Source of the DNA: Candidatus Microgenomates bacterium
GTDB lineage: Bacteria; Patescibacteriota; Microgenomatia; UBA8517; JACQJR01
DNA length: 64,000 bases
Reading direction: 5' to 3'
Assembly: GCA_016204995.1 (NCBI GenBank)
Contig: JACQJR010000001.1
Coordinates: forward strand, 369,132-433,131
Positions within the stretch are counted from its first letter, which is position 1; each line of letters starts with the position of its first letter. Positions 19,894 through 29,806 of this stretch are shown in pieces. A program made the position numbers and the translations under genes. Below the pieces are notes generated by a model. The model was not told the origin of the DNA, did not search any database, and was given only the letters and a program-made list of their open reading frames with translations.

Positions 19894-20445
19894 CTAGAGG
19901 GAAACTTTAACGGCGGCGCGGTTTTCCTCTTCCGTCTGGAAGAATTCCTGGCGACGGAAGCCAAAGATAGAAGCTAACAGATTATAAGGGAAACTTTCAA
20001 TTTTAATATTCAGCTCCCGCACATTGGCGTTATAAAAACGTCTGGCGGCTTCAATTTTATTTTCCGTATCAGTTAAATCACTTTGCAGTTTGGCAAAATT
20101 TTCCGAAGCTCGTAGTTGAGGATAGTTCTCTGCTACTGCAAAAAGAGATTTCAAAGCGCCGGCCAGCATATTGTTAGCCTCGGCAGCAGCAGCCGGATTT
20201 TGAGCGCTCATCACGGCGGTACGGGCCACAGTGACATCGGTAAAAACTTTCTTTTCATGCTTGGCATAACCTTTGACTACTTCCACCAAATTGGGAATTA
20301 AATCAGCCCGGCGCTTCAGCTGAACATCAATATCGGCCCAGGCATTTTTAGTCTGATTGACTAAGGAAACAAAACTATTGTAGGCAAATATCACCCACAA
20401 GAAGATGACACCCACTAATCCTAAGATGATATAAGTTAAATTCAT
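19894..20445 (-). CDS. lemA: LemA family protein
   Basis: N-terminal TM, IDVQLKRRADLIPNLV, AENYPQL, RRFYN. Confidence 0.95.
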   Translation of the reverse strand: MNLTYIILGLVGVIFLWVIFAYNSFVSLVNQTKNAWADIDVQLKRRADLIPNLVEVVKGYAKHEKKVFTDVTVARTAVMSAQNPAAAAEANNMLAGALKSLFAVAENYPQLRASENFAKLQSDLTDTENKIEAARRFYNANVRELNIKIESFPYNLLASIFGFRRQEFFQTEEENRAAVKVSL

Positions 20446-20483
20446 GATTTAATTGTCCTTTAAAATCACCTGTTTGTCAATCT

Positions 20484-22220
20484 TTACCAACTGCCGCCGC
20501 CTCCACCACCAAAACCGCCGCCGGAAAAACCTCCGCCTCCGGCGAAGCCCGATCTGGGACTAGCCATAATGGCCGAAGACATAGAACTGGAAAAATTACT
20601 AATATTGGAACTAAAGATGACCGGATTAAAGCGGCCTGTACCATAATACCAGGCCGGTTGAGTAGGTTTGATGCCCATCTCTTCAAAAACTTTGGCAAAT
20701 TTTTCAGTTAAGCCAAAAACAATGGCATAAGGCAATACTTCGTTAAAAATATTTTCCCTCTCCATAAATTGCTGTTTATATTTTTCGGCCTTTTCAATAA
20801 ACATTCTAAAGCCAAGTACTCTTCTAAATAATTGATAACCCGCCGTGGTTCTTCTAGGGAAAGAGCGGGAGAAAATCATTAGGATAATCCCTATAAAAAA
20901 TATACCCAGGATAAAGCCGGGCCAATACCCGCCTTCTTCAAAGGCGGCGGCGCTGGGAGCAAGAATCACGCCTAAAAAGAAAAGTATGGATCCAAAACCA
21001 GTGTATTTATTTCTTAATTTTTCGGGATTGGTGGGAAAATATTTTTTATCTATCATATCTTTGTATAAAGCATCCTTAACCAAAACCAAATCTTTATAAA
21101 ATTTATTTTGTAAGTCGGATAATAAAATTTCCTCTTTTTCTTTAAATAAACTCTGTAAAAGTATTTTTTCGTAATTAACCAAGCCGGTAATTTCCTTTTT
21201 AGTCCGAGTCAAAGTGTAATCTCCGCGACTTAACAATCCTTTTTTCGGCTCTTCCGTAATGGTTAAAAATCCACGGGCCGCCAAATCCACAATGGTAGCC
21301 GTTACATCCAGACTATCTGCCTTCTCATCCACTAGAGTACCGACTTGAGCCGGTTTTAATTTTTCCGGCGGAAAATATTCCGCGACCAGTGGCAAATTTT
21401 TACCCACTTCCCGGCCATGGTAAAACCAATAGGCAAAAATTGTCCCGCCGCCCAACAGAAAAAATACCCCGGCCACAATCAACATTGTTAAAACTGCTTT
21501 ACCCTGCTCTGGATTATAATTTTGGGAAGAGATTTTAGGACTTTGGGTTAAGGTAGTAATTGGTATGCTTCCCTTTTTATATCCGACTACAACTGTTAAT
21601 CCCCAACTAGGCAGCAAGGGGTTGCGCGCCTGAAAAGAAGCTTGGCTAGCAGATAACAAATTACTGCGACACTTGTTGTTTACCCCAAATCGTCCTTCAA
21701 AACAGGTAATACCGGTAATGGCATTTTGCGGTAAAGTGACTTGAGCCGAAGCCTTATTAATAAAAACCGGCCACTGATCACCAGTCACATCCCAATACAA
21801 CTCATCATGATCGCTAAAACTTCTTAAAGCACCCCTGACCAAATATTGAATTTGATAACTAACTTTACCAGAAACCGTTTGGCGGGGATCACCAATTTTA
21901 ATATGTAAAAAGTCGCCACTCGTAGAAGACTCATAAATCGCCGGAACGTTATTTTGTAAAACACCTAACAGAAGAATATCTATGTAATAATTCTGGCTAT
22001 TACCCAGTTGGTAAATATAAGGAATATCGCGGAAGATACCGTGTTTATCAAGCTCGCCAAAATCCGCATCAATCGTTTCTAAAACTTGTACTTTGCCATC
22101 AGATTGAATATTGATCTCGCTTTTAAAATTATCAATCACCCAATTTTCCGCAGCCTGTGCCTGCCGAACAAAAAGAAGAAAAAATAAGCTAGTAAATAAT
22201 AGAACTAAATGCTTTATCAC
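20484..22220 (-). CDS. DUF2207-type membrane protein
   Basis: Signal peptide, ELYWDVTG, ATIVDLAARG, LPYAIVFG, Gly-rich GGGGGSW tail; adjacent to lemA. Confidence 0.9.
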   Translation of the reverse strand: MIKHLVLLFTSLFFLLFVRQAQAAENWVIDNFKSEINIQSDGKVQVLETIDADFGELDKHGIFRDIPYIYQLGNSQNYYIDILLLGVLQNNVPAIYESSTSGDFLHIKIGDPRQTVSGKVSYQIQYLVRGALRSFSDHDELYWDVTGDQWPVFINKASAQVTLPQNAITGITCFEGRFGVNNKCRSNLLSASQASFQARNPLLPSWGLTVVVGYKKGSIPITTLTQSPKISSQNYNPEQGKAVLTMLIVAGVFFLLGGGTIFAYWFYHGREVGKNLPLVAEYFPPEKLKPAQVGTLVDEKADSLDVTATIVDLAARGFLTITEEPKKGLLSRGDYTLTRTKKEITGLVNYEKILLQSLFKEKEEILLSDLQNKFYKDLVLVKDALYKDMIDKKYFPTNPEKLRNKYTGFGSILFFLGVILAPSAAAFEEGGYWPGFILGIFFIGIILMIFSRSFPRRTTAGYQLFRRVLGFRMFIEKAEKYKQQFMERENIFNEVLPYAIVFGLTEKFAKVFEEMGIKPTQPAWYYGTGRFNPVIFSSNISNFSSSMSSAIMASPRSGFAGGGGFSGGGFGGGGGGSW

Positions 22221-22227
22221 TCCTATA

Positions 22228-23187
22228 TTATATAGCAGGGGAAGTAGCAGCAGGCCTAGAGGTTGGTTTTAAGATGGGGGTGGTGGTGGCATATGGCGAA
22301 GCCAGAGGCAAAACAGACGGCAAAGGCATTTCCTGTTGCAAAGATTTGATCCTAACTGCTTGCGAAATTATGCCAATAATTAAGGAAAAGAAAAGAATGG
22401 CTAAAATCCAGCCGAGCACTGCGATAATCCACACCCACATCAAGCTGGCTCCTTTTTCATTTTCCAGCCCCTGACTGGCTTGCTTATATAAAGTGACTGA
22501 ATAGGCAAGAGCATACCAACCCAATAAAATATTAACTAACATAGATAAAACAGGCGCTATTCTATTTAAAATTAGGACTATGCCTACTGTGACTAAAAAT
22601 ATAATCAGCACTCTGATTAAAATTTCTCCGCCATGTTTTTCAAATATTAATAAACTTCTCCTTAAAGCGCCTGTCCAGCGCTGATTATTAAGCACTACTT
22701 CATAAGCTGCAAAATAAAATAGGAACATAAAAAGTATTGCCGGCAAAATTAATAAAAATAATCCGCCTAAATTAATAAATAATAATAAAAGATTGACTAG
22801 AAAAAGAGGAATAACCAGCCGGAAACTTTTACTAATAGCACTAACTAAAGCTAATTCCCCCTTACTGTCTACCGTCAAGATGGAAGCTATCTGAAAGACA
22901 GCCGTAATAACCATGAAATATATTACTAAGGAAATTATTAAAACAGGCCAAATGGGGGGCATCATGGAAATACCTGATAAACCGCCTTCTTTTAAGTTGG
23001 CTAAAGATAAACCTAGGGTGTCGATAAAAATGATTATGAAGGGGATTAGCACAATGAAAGTTACTATCAAACTGATAATAGTTAGAATGAAAAGCTTTAA
23101 GGAGCTTTTGGCAAAAACATCCCAGGATTCTGTAAACAAGGCACCGATGGAAGGCAATGAGGAAACGGCTGATTTAGAACTATCCAT
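22228..23187 (-). CDS. multi-pass membrane protein
   Basis: About 6-7 hydrophobic segments; ALRRS motif. Confidence 0.8.
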   Translation of the reverse strand: MDSSKSAVSSLPSIGALFTESWDVFAKSSLKLFILTIISLIVTFIVLIPFIIIFIDTLGLSLANLKEGGLSGISMMPPIWPVLIISLVIYFMVITAVFQIASILTVDSKGELALVSAISKSFRLVIPLFLVNLLLLFINLGGLFLLILPAILFMFLFYFAAYEVVLNNQRWTGALRRSLLIFEKHGGEILIRVLIIFLVTVGIVLILNRIAPVLSMLVNILLGWYALAYSVTLYKQASQGLENEKGASLMWVWIIAVLGWILAILFFSLIIGIISQAVRIKSLQQEMPLPSVLPLASPYATTTPILKPTSRPAATSPAI

Positions 23188-23202
23188 TTTCTAATTAAAA
23201 AC

Positions 23203-24240
23203 TTACAACAAGTATTTGTCAATGTTCTGTTGATGTTCTTCGGAGTTGGCCGCATAGTGGATTTGGCCGGTATTATCATGCAGATAGAACCAATAAGGAG
23301 AATCTTGGGGACTCGCTGCAGCTTTAATTGAGGACAGTCCAGGACTGGCAATTGGTCCGGGCGGCAAACCGCGATGTAAATAAGTATTGTAAGGAGAATT
23401 TATTTTTTTATCCGCCACTGTGGCTGGTTCCCACCAGGAACAATTTTCGTCCAGATGACGACCAGCCTTTGGCTGGGAGATTTGACCTGCCTGCGCAGGC
23501 AGGCATTTGAGATTGACAACTGCGTACTGCAGTGTCGCATCAGCTTGCAAAGGCCAACCAGCCTTTATTCTTTTCAGTAAAATACCGGCGACAATCGGCC
23601 GCTCCTCATCGGTTCTGGTTTCCCGCTCTATGATGGAAGCCAAGGTTACTAATTTTTCCAAAGTTAAATCTTGTTGCTTGGCTTGGGAAATTATGTCTGC
23701 GGAAACTTTTTTATCAAAAGTATCACGCAGTTTTTTCACCACTGCCCCGGCAGTAGCATTTCTGCTCAACAAATAAGTATCGGGGAAAAGGAAACCTTCC
23801 ATGCCTTGCGACTCTTTCATAAATTCTTTCAAAAAAATCTGCTGTTTTTCTGAAGTTAACTCCAAAGCAGTCGCTATTTTTTGGGCGATTTCTTCCCGGC
23901 GAAAACCTTCCGGAATAGTCACCCATAGAGCCACTGGCCCACGAATTAACTCTGCTACTAATTGAGGTAATGGTAAATTTTTAGTAATTCTAAAATCGCC
24001 GGCCGGGATTTTTTTAGTCCGATCGGCAATGGAAACGTAAACTTTAAAAGCCAAAGAAGAACGAATAAAACCTTGTTTTTCTAACTCATCACCGATTTGA
24101 GAAGCGCTTTCGCCTTTGATAATCACAAAGGGATAGTAAATTTTATCAGTGGAAGGAGCAATGGTAGCATCTCGCCACCACCACATCACGAGTAGGGGCA
24201 AGGCAATGATTATCAGAAGAAATGTAACAAGACGTTTCAT
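23203..24240 (-). CDS. mltG: endolytic transglycosylase MltG
   Basis: VTIPEG, EGFLFPDTY, ASIIERE, SPYNTY, GLPPGPI. Confidence 0.95.
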   Translation of the reverse strand: MKRLVTFLLIIIALPLLVMWWWRDATIAPSTDKIYYPFVIIKGESASQIGDELEKQGFIRSSLAFKVYVSIADRTKKIPAGDFRITKNLPLPQLVAELIRGPVALWVTIPEGFRREEIAQKIATALELTSEKQQIFLKEFMKESQGMEGFLFPDTYLLSRNATAGAVVKKLRDTFDKKVSADIISQAKQQDLTLEKLVTLASIIERETRTDEERPIVAGILLKRIKAGWPLQADATLQYAVVNLKCLPAQAGQISQPKAGRHLDENCSWWEPATVADKKINSPYNTYLHRGLPPGPIASPGLSSIKAAASPQDSPYWFYLHDNTGQIHYAANSEEHQQNIDKYLL

Positions 24241-24443
24241 ATTTCCGACAACAGTGCCCGACGATATTTTTTGGCTTTACTATCAAACAGAAAAACACGG
24301 CCGCAACTACAAGTAACTTTTTCCCAACCCTTGACTTTGCTTTTTTGAGGTTTATGAGGATTTAAATCCCGGCCGCAGCCGACACAGCGGCCCTGGGAGA
24401 TGAGCCAAGCTTGAACAGGAGAAATTAATTGCTTAATCACCAT
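24237..24443 (-). CDS. small Zn-ribbon protein
   Basis: CxxC and CxC; translationally coupled to neighbours. Confidence 0.7.
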   Translation of the reverse strand: MVIKQLISPVQAWLISQGRCVGCGRDLNPHKPQKSKVKGWEKVTCSCGRVFLFDSKAKKYRRALLSEI

Positions 24444-24819
24444 GTGTCTCTAGATATGATTGTAGCATAACGGCGGCGGCAAATGCATCTTCCATGCTTT
24501 TTCGCCTGACCCTGGCCATGCCAGAAGCAATAGCTAACTTTTGAGCATCGTAAGTGGTTAAGGTTTCATCCCACAAAATCACCTTTATGCCTTGATGTTT
24601 TAGTTTATCAGCTACCTGTTTTATTATCTTTTCCATCTCTCCGCTTGGCAGGCCGATTACCACCTCCAATGCTTGTTCTCTTCTGGTTAAATCCGTGATT
24701 TTTTGGATCAATTTAGCTAAATTACTTTCTTTGATCACCACCAGCGGCTCGGCCAAAATTCCTACGCCCCGGGCCACTCCGGTTTTAATTTTGCCAATAT
24801 CTAATCCCAGTCTAATCAT
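24433..24819 (-). CDS. ruvX: YqgF/RuvX family nuclease
   Basis: LGLDIG, VIGLP, WDETLTT, DAFAAAVMLQ. Confidence 0.93.
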   Translation of the reverse strand: MIRLGLDIGKIKTGVARGVGILAEPLVVIKESNLAKLIQKITDLTRREQALEVVIGLPSGEMEKIIKQVADKLKHQGIKVILWDETLTTYDAQKLAIASGMARVRRKSMEDAFAAAVMLQSYLETHGD

Positions 24820-25505
24820 ATACTTGCCCCCGACTGCATCGGGGCTAACTCCGCTTTCACTATTAGCCGCCGCAAATAAGTTCCCGGCGGCACGCAGGTA
24901 ATTAAAGTCAGGTGGGGTTTATCGTTAGGTTGGGCCAGCACCGAGATTTCGGTCGGCGCCACCTCAAACATCTCTGAAATGACAAAACGATAAGTGATGC
25001 CATCATAGCTAACTATTATTTCATCTCCTTTCGCCAAAGTTGGCAGGGTAGAAAAAATAGATAAATAATTGGTAGGGCTAAAAAACTGCGGCAAAGTAGA
25101 ATGGCCAAAAATGACAGCATTACCCACTCGGCCTGGTATGGCCGTCCCCTTATAATGAATTAAATTTTTACTTAAGTCTTCGCCGGCAATTTCCACTGTC
25201 GCCTGGCTAATTTTTAATTTAGGAATTGATAAAGTATAGTATTTAATTTGAGAATTAGCTTCTGGCCGGTCGGGGAAATCCAAGCTGCCTACAAACCAAT
25301 TGGAAGCCCGAGTTAAATCTACGGGGCTATATTTTTGGCTATTGCTGTCTCCTACCGGAGATAAAAATTTAGAATCACTATCGCCCCGACTAAAGTTAGG
25401 GGCAGTAAACAATTCGTATGAAATAATAGGGAAAACGGCGCTGGTTAACACCAAGCCTCCCCCGATAATTAAAAAAATAGCCAATAACCGAAGCCAAAAC
25501 ATCAT
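24816..25505 (-). CDS. sortase
   Basis: N-terminal TM, IPKL, GNAVIFGHS, LTLITC, downstream R. Confidence 0.92.
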   Translation of the reverse strand: MMFWLRLLAIFLIIGGGLVLTSAVFPIISYELFTAPNFSRGDSDSKFLSPVGDSNSQKYSPVDLTRASNWFVGSLDFPDRPEANSQIKYYTLSIPKLKISQATVEIAGEDLSKNLIHYKGTAIPGRVGNAVIFGHSTLPQFFSPTNYLSIFSTLPTLAKGDEIIVSYDGITYRFVISEMFEVAPTEISVLAQPNDKPHLTLITCVPPGTYLRRLIVKAELAPMQSGASI

Positions 25506-27715
25506 TGTTCGGCAACCACCTTAATGGTAATGTTGTCGCTTTTTTGAGGCAGAAAATCGGACAGAAATGGCAAACGGGGAGAAAATTTAATGGAAGTACG
25601 AGAATAGCCTGGTAAAGCAGCCAGTTTTGTCTTAACCTCCGATTGGCTTTTACCAGCCAGTTGCGAAACCAGCTGTCTTTGATTAATCTGCGGCAGTAAA
25701 TTAGCTTGCGCTGTCACATTAATAGTCAGCACCTTATTTTTTTCTTTTTTCTCACCTGTCTGGCTAATGGAACTAAAACTAGCTGCTATATCACCCTCTT
25801 CTAAATTAAACTTCTCTGGCACTTTGGGACGCAAAACAGTTAATAGCTGGCTGTTTAACTGATCATGCGGTATGGTTACTGCTATTCCTTCCGCTTCTAG
25901 GTTTAACTTCAAGGTTTGTGCTTCCTCACCGACATTATGAGAAAATGAACGTCGCACAATGTTCATTTGGATTGATTCATTAATGACTGTTTCATCGCCA
26001 CTAACCTTCTGTCTAATATCTGTCTTAAATTTGTCGGTCAGTTCTGCCAACAGGTCTGTTTCCAGTTTTTGTCTATCTTCTTTGGCCACAGCCGGTACTT
26101 CTCGCGAGCTGCCGCCGGTAAAAACATTATCGTTTTTGGCAGCAAAACTATTGGTGGAAAAATTAGTGATCGCAAAACTATTGCCAGAGGCTAAATTGTA
26201 TTGGGTACCAATATCAGCCGCACTAATTACGGCTTTGGCTTGGCCTAGCACAATGTTGGGCAAAATGCCAGAGGCGGAGGCCACCGTCACCTGACTATCA
26301 AGACTGAACTTTAAACCGTTAGGACCAACTAAAATGGTATGAGCGGGAAAAGTTTTGGGCTGGGCGGTGTTATTGAAAATTATGACCTCTCCTTTGGCCC
26401 GATCTCCCACAGTTTTAGAACCGGTAGTGGAAGTAGTCTTTTCACCTTCCACGGTAGAAGAAATGGTCCGGCCGGCCACAATACCATCTCCGCTCCCACC
26501 AGTGGGATCAACCTGCAAAGTCAATTTTTCCTCAATTTTTTTAGGAGCAATATAAATAGTGAGCTGGGCCTTGGGTACAAAATACCACACTAAAGTAAAA
26601 ACTAAAATCGTTAATCCCCCTAAAATTAACCATATCTTCAACTTGCCTAAAAACCCACTTTTAGCAGAAACCGCATTAAAGAGGGAATTTAGTTTGGAAC
26701 CGGTCTCCGATCCTGATTTAATCGGGGCAGGCCCGCCTGCACCAACAGGCCTGTCTGCGCCAGCAGGCTCCACCACTTCCTCGTGGGTTTCCTGGAAACC
26801 GAAATCTTCTACTGGTGGTGTGACAGCAACTGGCAATTGCGGCTCTGGAGTCACTGAAGAAACCTTTTCCGTAGCAATTTCTTCCTCTACTACTGGTCTC
26901 CGGCCCTGGAAGGTCTCTGGCTCCGATTTAAGCGGGGCTGGTTCTGTCGCAGTGGTTAATTCCGGTTGAACCGGGGCTTCAGTGGAAGCAGCGACTGAAA
27001 TAGCGGATAATAACTCGTCCGATGTCAATCTTTCAATCCTGGGAGTATGCAGGAAAAAGGCCGAAGGCCATTCCCAGTTAACTAAATTTTGCCGTGCCTC
27101 CTCCAACTCGTTATTATTTCTGTTGTATAAAACTAACCGCGCAGGCAGTGATTCTCCGACGCCAAAACGGGATAAGCCCTCGGTAATATCATCTGCCAGC
27201 GATATACTGCGGCTGACCAGATGGGAATTAACAATTTTACCCGATCTAACCAATAACACTTCCGCTTCCTCTTCTTCAATACCAACTAAAATGGCCGAAA
27301 GGGGTGAGCCTTCTTTGTTTTTCAAAAAATGAATAATCGCTTCCGGTACTACCACAAAGCCTTTAGGTTTAAGTTCTAATTTTTCGCACAAGAGACGCAG
27401 GTGGGCCAGTTTTTCAGGAACAATATTACCATCTTCTATCCAGAAATTAGGCAAGCCAAAAACTACTGATAAAATTTCCTCCGGCGGCTCATTCATACTA
27501 CCTACTGCGGCTGATAAACTGTCATCAGCCGCCTGGACAAAAGATTCACTGTCCTGCCAAGCATCAGTCGTGCCGGCTGCCATTAATTCACCCTGACCGG
27601 ATAGAGTACGCCACAAACCGGCCTGAATCCAATTTTTACCAATCACAAAGGAAACAAATACTTCTTGCGGAGTTTCTTTTTTACCAATAATTTCCGTAAT
27701 GCTGGGCAATTTCAT
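25502..27715 (-). CDS. membrane-anchored protein: actin/FtsA-like N-domain, Pro-rich linker, TM, baseplate-J-like C-region
   Basis: VVFGLP...VPEAI N-region; single TM; C-region with G-T-Q-Y-N and FTGG motifs (family inferred). Confidence 0.65.
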   Translation of the reverse strand: MKLPSITEIIGKKETPQEVFVSFVIGKNWIQAGLWRTLSGQGELMAAGTTDAWQDSESFVQAADDSLSAAVGSMNEPPEEILSVVFGLPNFWIEDGNIVPEKLAHLRLLCEKLELKPKGFVVVPEAIIHFLKNKEGSPLSAILVGIEEEEAEVLLVRSGKIVNSHLVSRSISLADDITEGLSRFGVGESLPARLVLYNRNNNELEEARQNLVNWEWPSAFFLHTPRIERLTSDELLSAISVAASTEAPVQPELTTATEPAPLKSEPETFQGRRPVVEEEIATEKVSSVTPEPQLPVAVTPPVEDFGFQETHEEVVEPAGADRPVGAGGPAPIKSGSETGSKLNSLFNAVSAKSGFLGKLKIWLILGGLTILVFTLVWYFVPKAQLTIYIAPKKIEEKLTLQVDPTGGSGDGIVAGRTISSTVEGEKTTSTTGSKTVGDRAKGEVIIFNNTAQPKTFPAHTILVGPNGLKFSLDSQVTVASASGILPNIVLGQAKAVISAADIGTQYNLASGNSFAITNFSTNSFAAKNDNVFTGGSSREVPAVAKEDRQKLETDLLAELTDKFKTDIRQKVSGDETVINESIQMNIVRRSFSHNVGEEAQTLKLNLEAEGIAVTIPHDQLNSQLLTVLRPKVPEKFNLEEGDIAASFSSISQTGEKKEKNKVLTINVTAQANLLPQINQRQLVSQLAGKSQSEVKTKLAALPGYSRTSIKFSPRLPFLSDFLPQKSDNITIKVVAEQ

Positions 27716-27729
27716 TTTGGCGAGTATCT

Positions 27730-29076
27730 CTATTTTACACCTTGGCGGGAAACTTGTTGATGCCGACTAAATTCTTCGTTAAACTGTTGTCTATCAATTT
27801 TCTGACCTTTAACCGCAAATAATTCTTCCAAAACTTCTAAAGGAAAACCATAAGTTTGATAAAGATCAAAAGCAATCTTGCCGTCAATTTGAGCAATTTT
27901 TTCAATCTCTGCCAAACCTCTCTCTAAAGTTTTACCAAATTTATCCAGCTCTTGGCGAATAACATCAGCTATCTCATCTTTTTTAGAAATATCTAACATA
28001 TCGGTACCAGCGTATGTGTCAATAACACTACCACTGACTACTGCTAAATCTTGAGGTTTTTCCGTGGAACCGCAGATGCTATTAAATTTTACCGCCGCTC
28101 TTCTTAATAGTCTTCTTAAGACATAACCTTGCATTTTGTTGGAAGGTAGAATATCACTGGCAATAATAAAAGTAGCCGCTTTCATATGATCGGTAATGAT
28201 CTCAAATTGCTCTGATACAGCGATATCTTGGTAACTTCTTCCACTAATATTTTCTATTGCAGTAATAATTTTACTAAATAAGTCTGTCTCAAATATATCA
28301 GGGTTATCATTTGTTGCCGCTGTCATTCTCTCTAAACCGCCGCCAAAATCCACGTTTTTTTGGGTAAGTTCTTGTAAAGTTCCGTCCGCTTGCTTTTGAT
28401 ATTGGATAAAAACCGAGTTGCCGATTTCTACAAATCTGCCGCAATCGCAATTAGGATGACATTTATCTCCAAATCTTGGATCATGTTCCACTTGAGTAAA
28501 TTCATAAAATACTTCACTGTCCGGACCGCCGATTTCGCCGGCTGGCATTTGCTCCGGTGTGCCCGAACGAGACCACCAGTTTTTTTCTACGCCGTAGGCG
28601 AAAATATGATCCTCGGGGACGCCTAAACTTTTCCAGATTTCATAAGACTCATTATCTTTTGGTACTCCACTATTGCCACCTGTCCCGAGCGAAGCCGAGG
28701 GATCAAAAATACTGACATACAATTTTTCGTGAGATAGCTTTAACTCTTCTGTTAAAAATTGCCAAAACCAGGGAAGTTGTTCTTTTTTAAAATAATCTCC
28801 CAAAGACCAATTACCTAACATTTCAAAAAAAGTAGTATGGCGATTATCACCTACTTCTTCTATATCCTGTGCTCTAAAACATTTTTGGGAATTAACTAGT
28901 CTTTTTCCTTGCGGATGCGGCTTACCCAATAGATAGGGAACTAAAGGCTGCATGCCAGCACTGGTAAATAAAGTGGAAGGGTCATTTTCCGGAACAAGAG
29001 ATGCACTAGGGATTTCCTGATGCCCATATCTCACAAAAAATTCAATATATTTTCTCCGCACCTCTTCTGAAGTCAT
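27730..29076 (-). CDS. alaS: alanyl-tRNA synthetase, aminoacylation domain only
   Basis: LFTSAGMQP, HTTFFEMLGNWS, DFGGGLER, GYVLRRLLRR, LYQTYGFP; stops at 448 aa. Confidence 0.93.
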   Translation of the reverse strand: MTSEEVRRKYIEFFVRYGHQEIPSASLVPENDPSTLFTSAGMQPLVPYLLGKPHPQGKRLVNSQKCFRAQDIEEVGDNRHTTFFEMLGNWSLGDYFKKEQLPWFWQFLTEELKLSHEKLYVSIFDPSASLGTGGNSGVPKDNESYEIWKSLGVPEDHIFAYGVEKNWWSRSGTPEQMPAGEIGGPDSEVFYEFTQVEHDPRFGDKCHPNCDCGRFVEIGNSVFIQYQKQADGTLQELTQKNVDFGGGLERMTAATNDNPDIFETDLFSKIITAIENISGRSYQDIAVSEQFEIITDHMKAATFIIASDILPSNKMQGYVLRRLLRRAAVKFNSICGSTEKPQDLAVVSGSVIDTYAGTDMLDISKKDEIADVIRQELDKFGKTLERGLAEIEKIAQIDGKIAFDLYQTYGFPLEVLEELFAVKGQKIDRQQFNEEFSRHQQVSRQGVK

Positions 29077-29133
29077 GAAGATAGTATACTTGAGGCTACT
29101 CTTTAACTCAAGAGACGTATACCAGTATTATCA

Positions 29134-29550
29134 TTAATTAATACGCAATATACTATTTAATTCCGGTTGCAGATGGGGATTATTTTTCAGCTCACACCAC
29201 CATTTCAATTCACTACCTTGTGGTACGTAAACTTTTAATAAAGGGGTTATAGAAATTTTATAGTTTTTATCGAAATCTAAACCATAAGATTTAATAATAT
29301 TTTGCGCTTCCTCTTCACTAATAGATTTATATCCAACCAATAATACACCTTCTTGATATTGATGGCTTTTTCCAATCTCTTTTTGTTTTTGTTTTATACA
29401 TTGAGACAATTCATTAGGTATGGGAGAAGAAAATGGTTGAGAAGAAAAAAAGTTAATTTTTTGCGAAATAAGATAACCACCTATAACTAAAGCTACTACA
29501 ATAAATATTATTATTGGCACAAAGCCTTTTTGGGGAGAATTTACCGTCAT
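29134..29550 (-). CDS. exported protein with pilin-like N-terminus
   Basis: QKGF followed by a hydrophobic helix. Confidence 0.7.
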   Translation of the reverse strand: MTVNSPQKGFVPIIIFIVVALVIGGYLISQKINFFSSQPFSSPIPNELSQCIKQKQKEIGKSHQYQEGVLLVGYKSISEEEAQNIIKSYGLDFDKNYKISITPLLKVYVPQGSELKWWCELKNNPHLQPELNSILRIN

Positions 29551-29620
29551 ACTTAACTATTAATTCCCCCCCCAACATGTCAAGTGCCAATCATGGAAAA
29601 TAATGATATAATGAATAACT

Positions 29621-29794
29621 ATGACCAAGTCAACACGATTAACCAAGGCATATAGAAGGTACCGAAAAGAACGTGTTGGCACCAAAGTCGTGTTGGGATT
29701 TTTGCGCCTTTTTATGCCTGAAATGATTTTTAGAACCACCAGACTGGAAGGAGAAAAGGTCAGTCGCCGAACGGTTTCCTCTCTATTCAAATAA
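29621..29794 (+). CDS. putative Fic antitoxin (57 aa, absent from ORF track)
   Basis: MTKSTRL...FRTTRLEGEKVSRR; (S/T)xxxEG inhibitory motif; directly upstream of the fic gene. Confidence 0.75.
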   Translation: MTKSTRLTKAYRRYRKERVGTKVVLGFLRLFMPEMIFRTTRLEGEKVSRRTVSSLFK

Positions 29795-29806
29795 TCTGGC
29801 GAGTTA

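Noticed and set aside
23195-23210. AAACTTACA resembling the repeat right end
   Set aside because: A 9-bp AT-rich match at the mltG stop with no further similarity.
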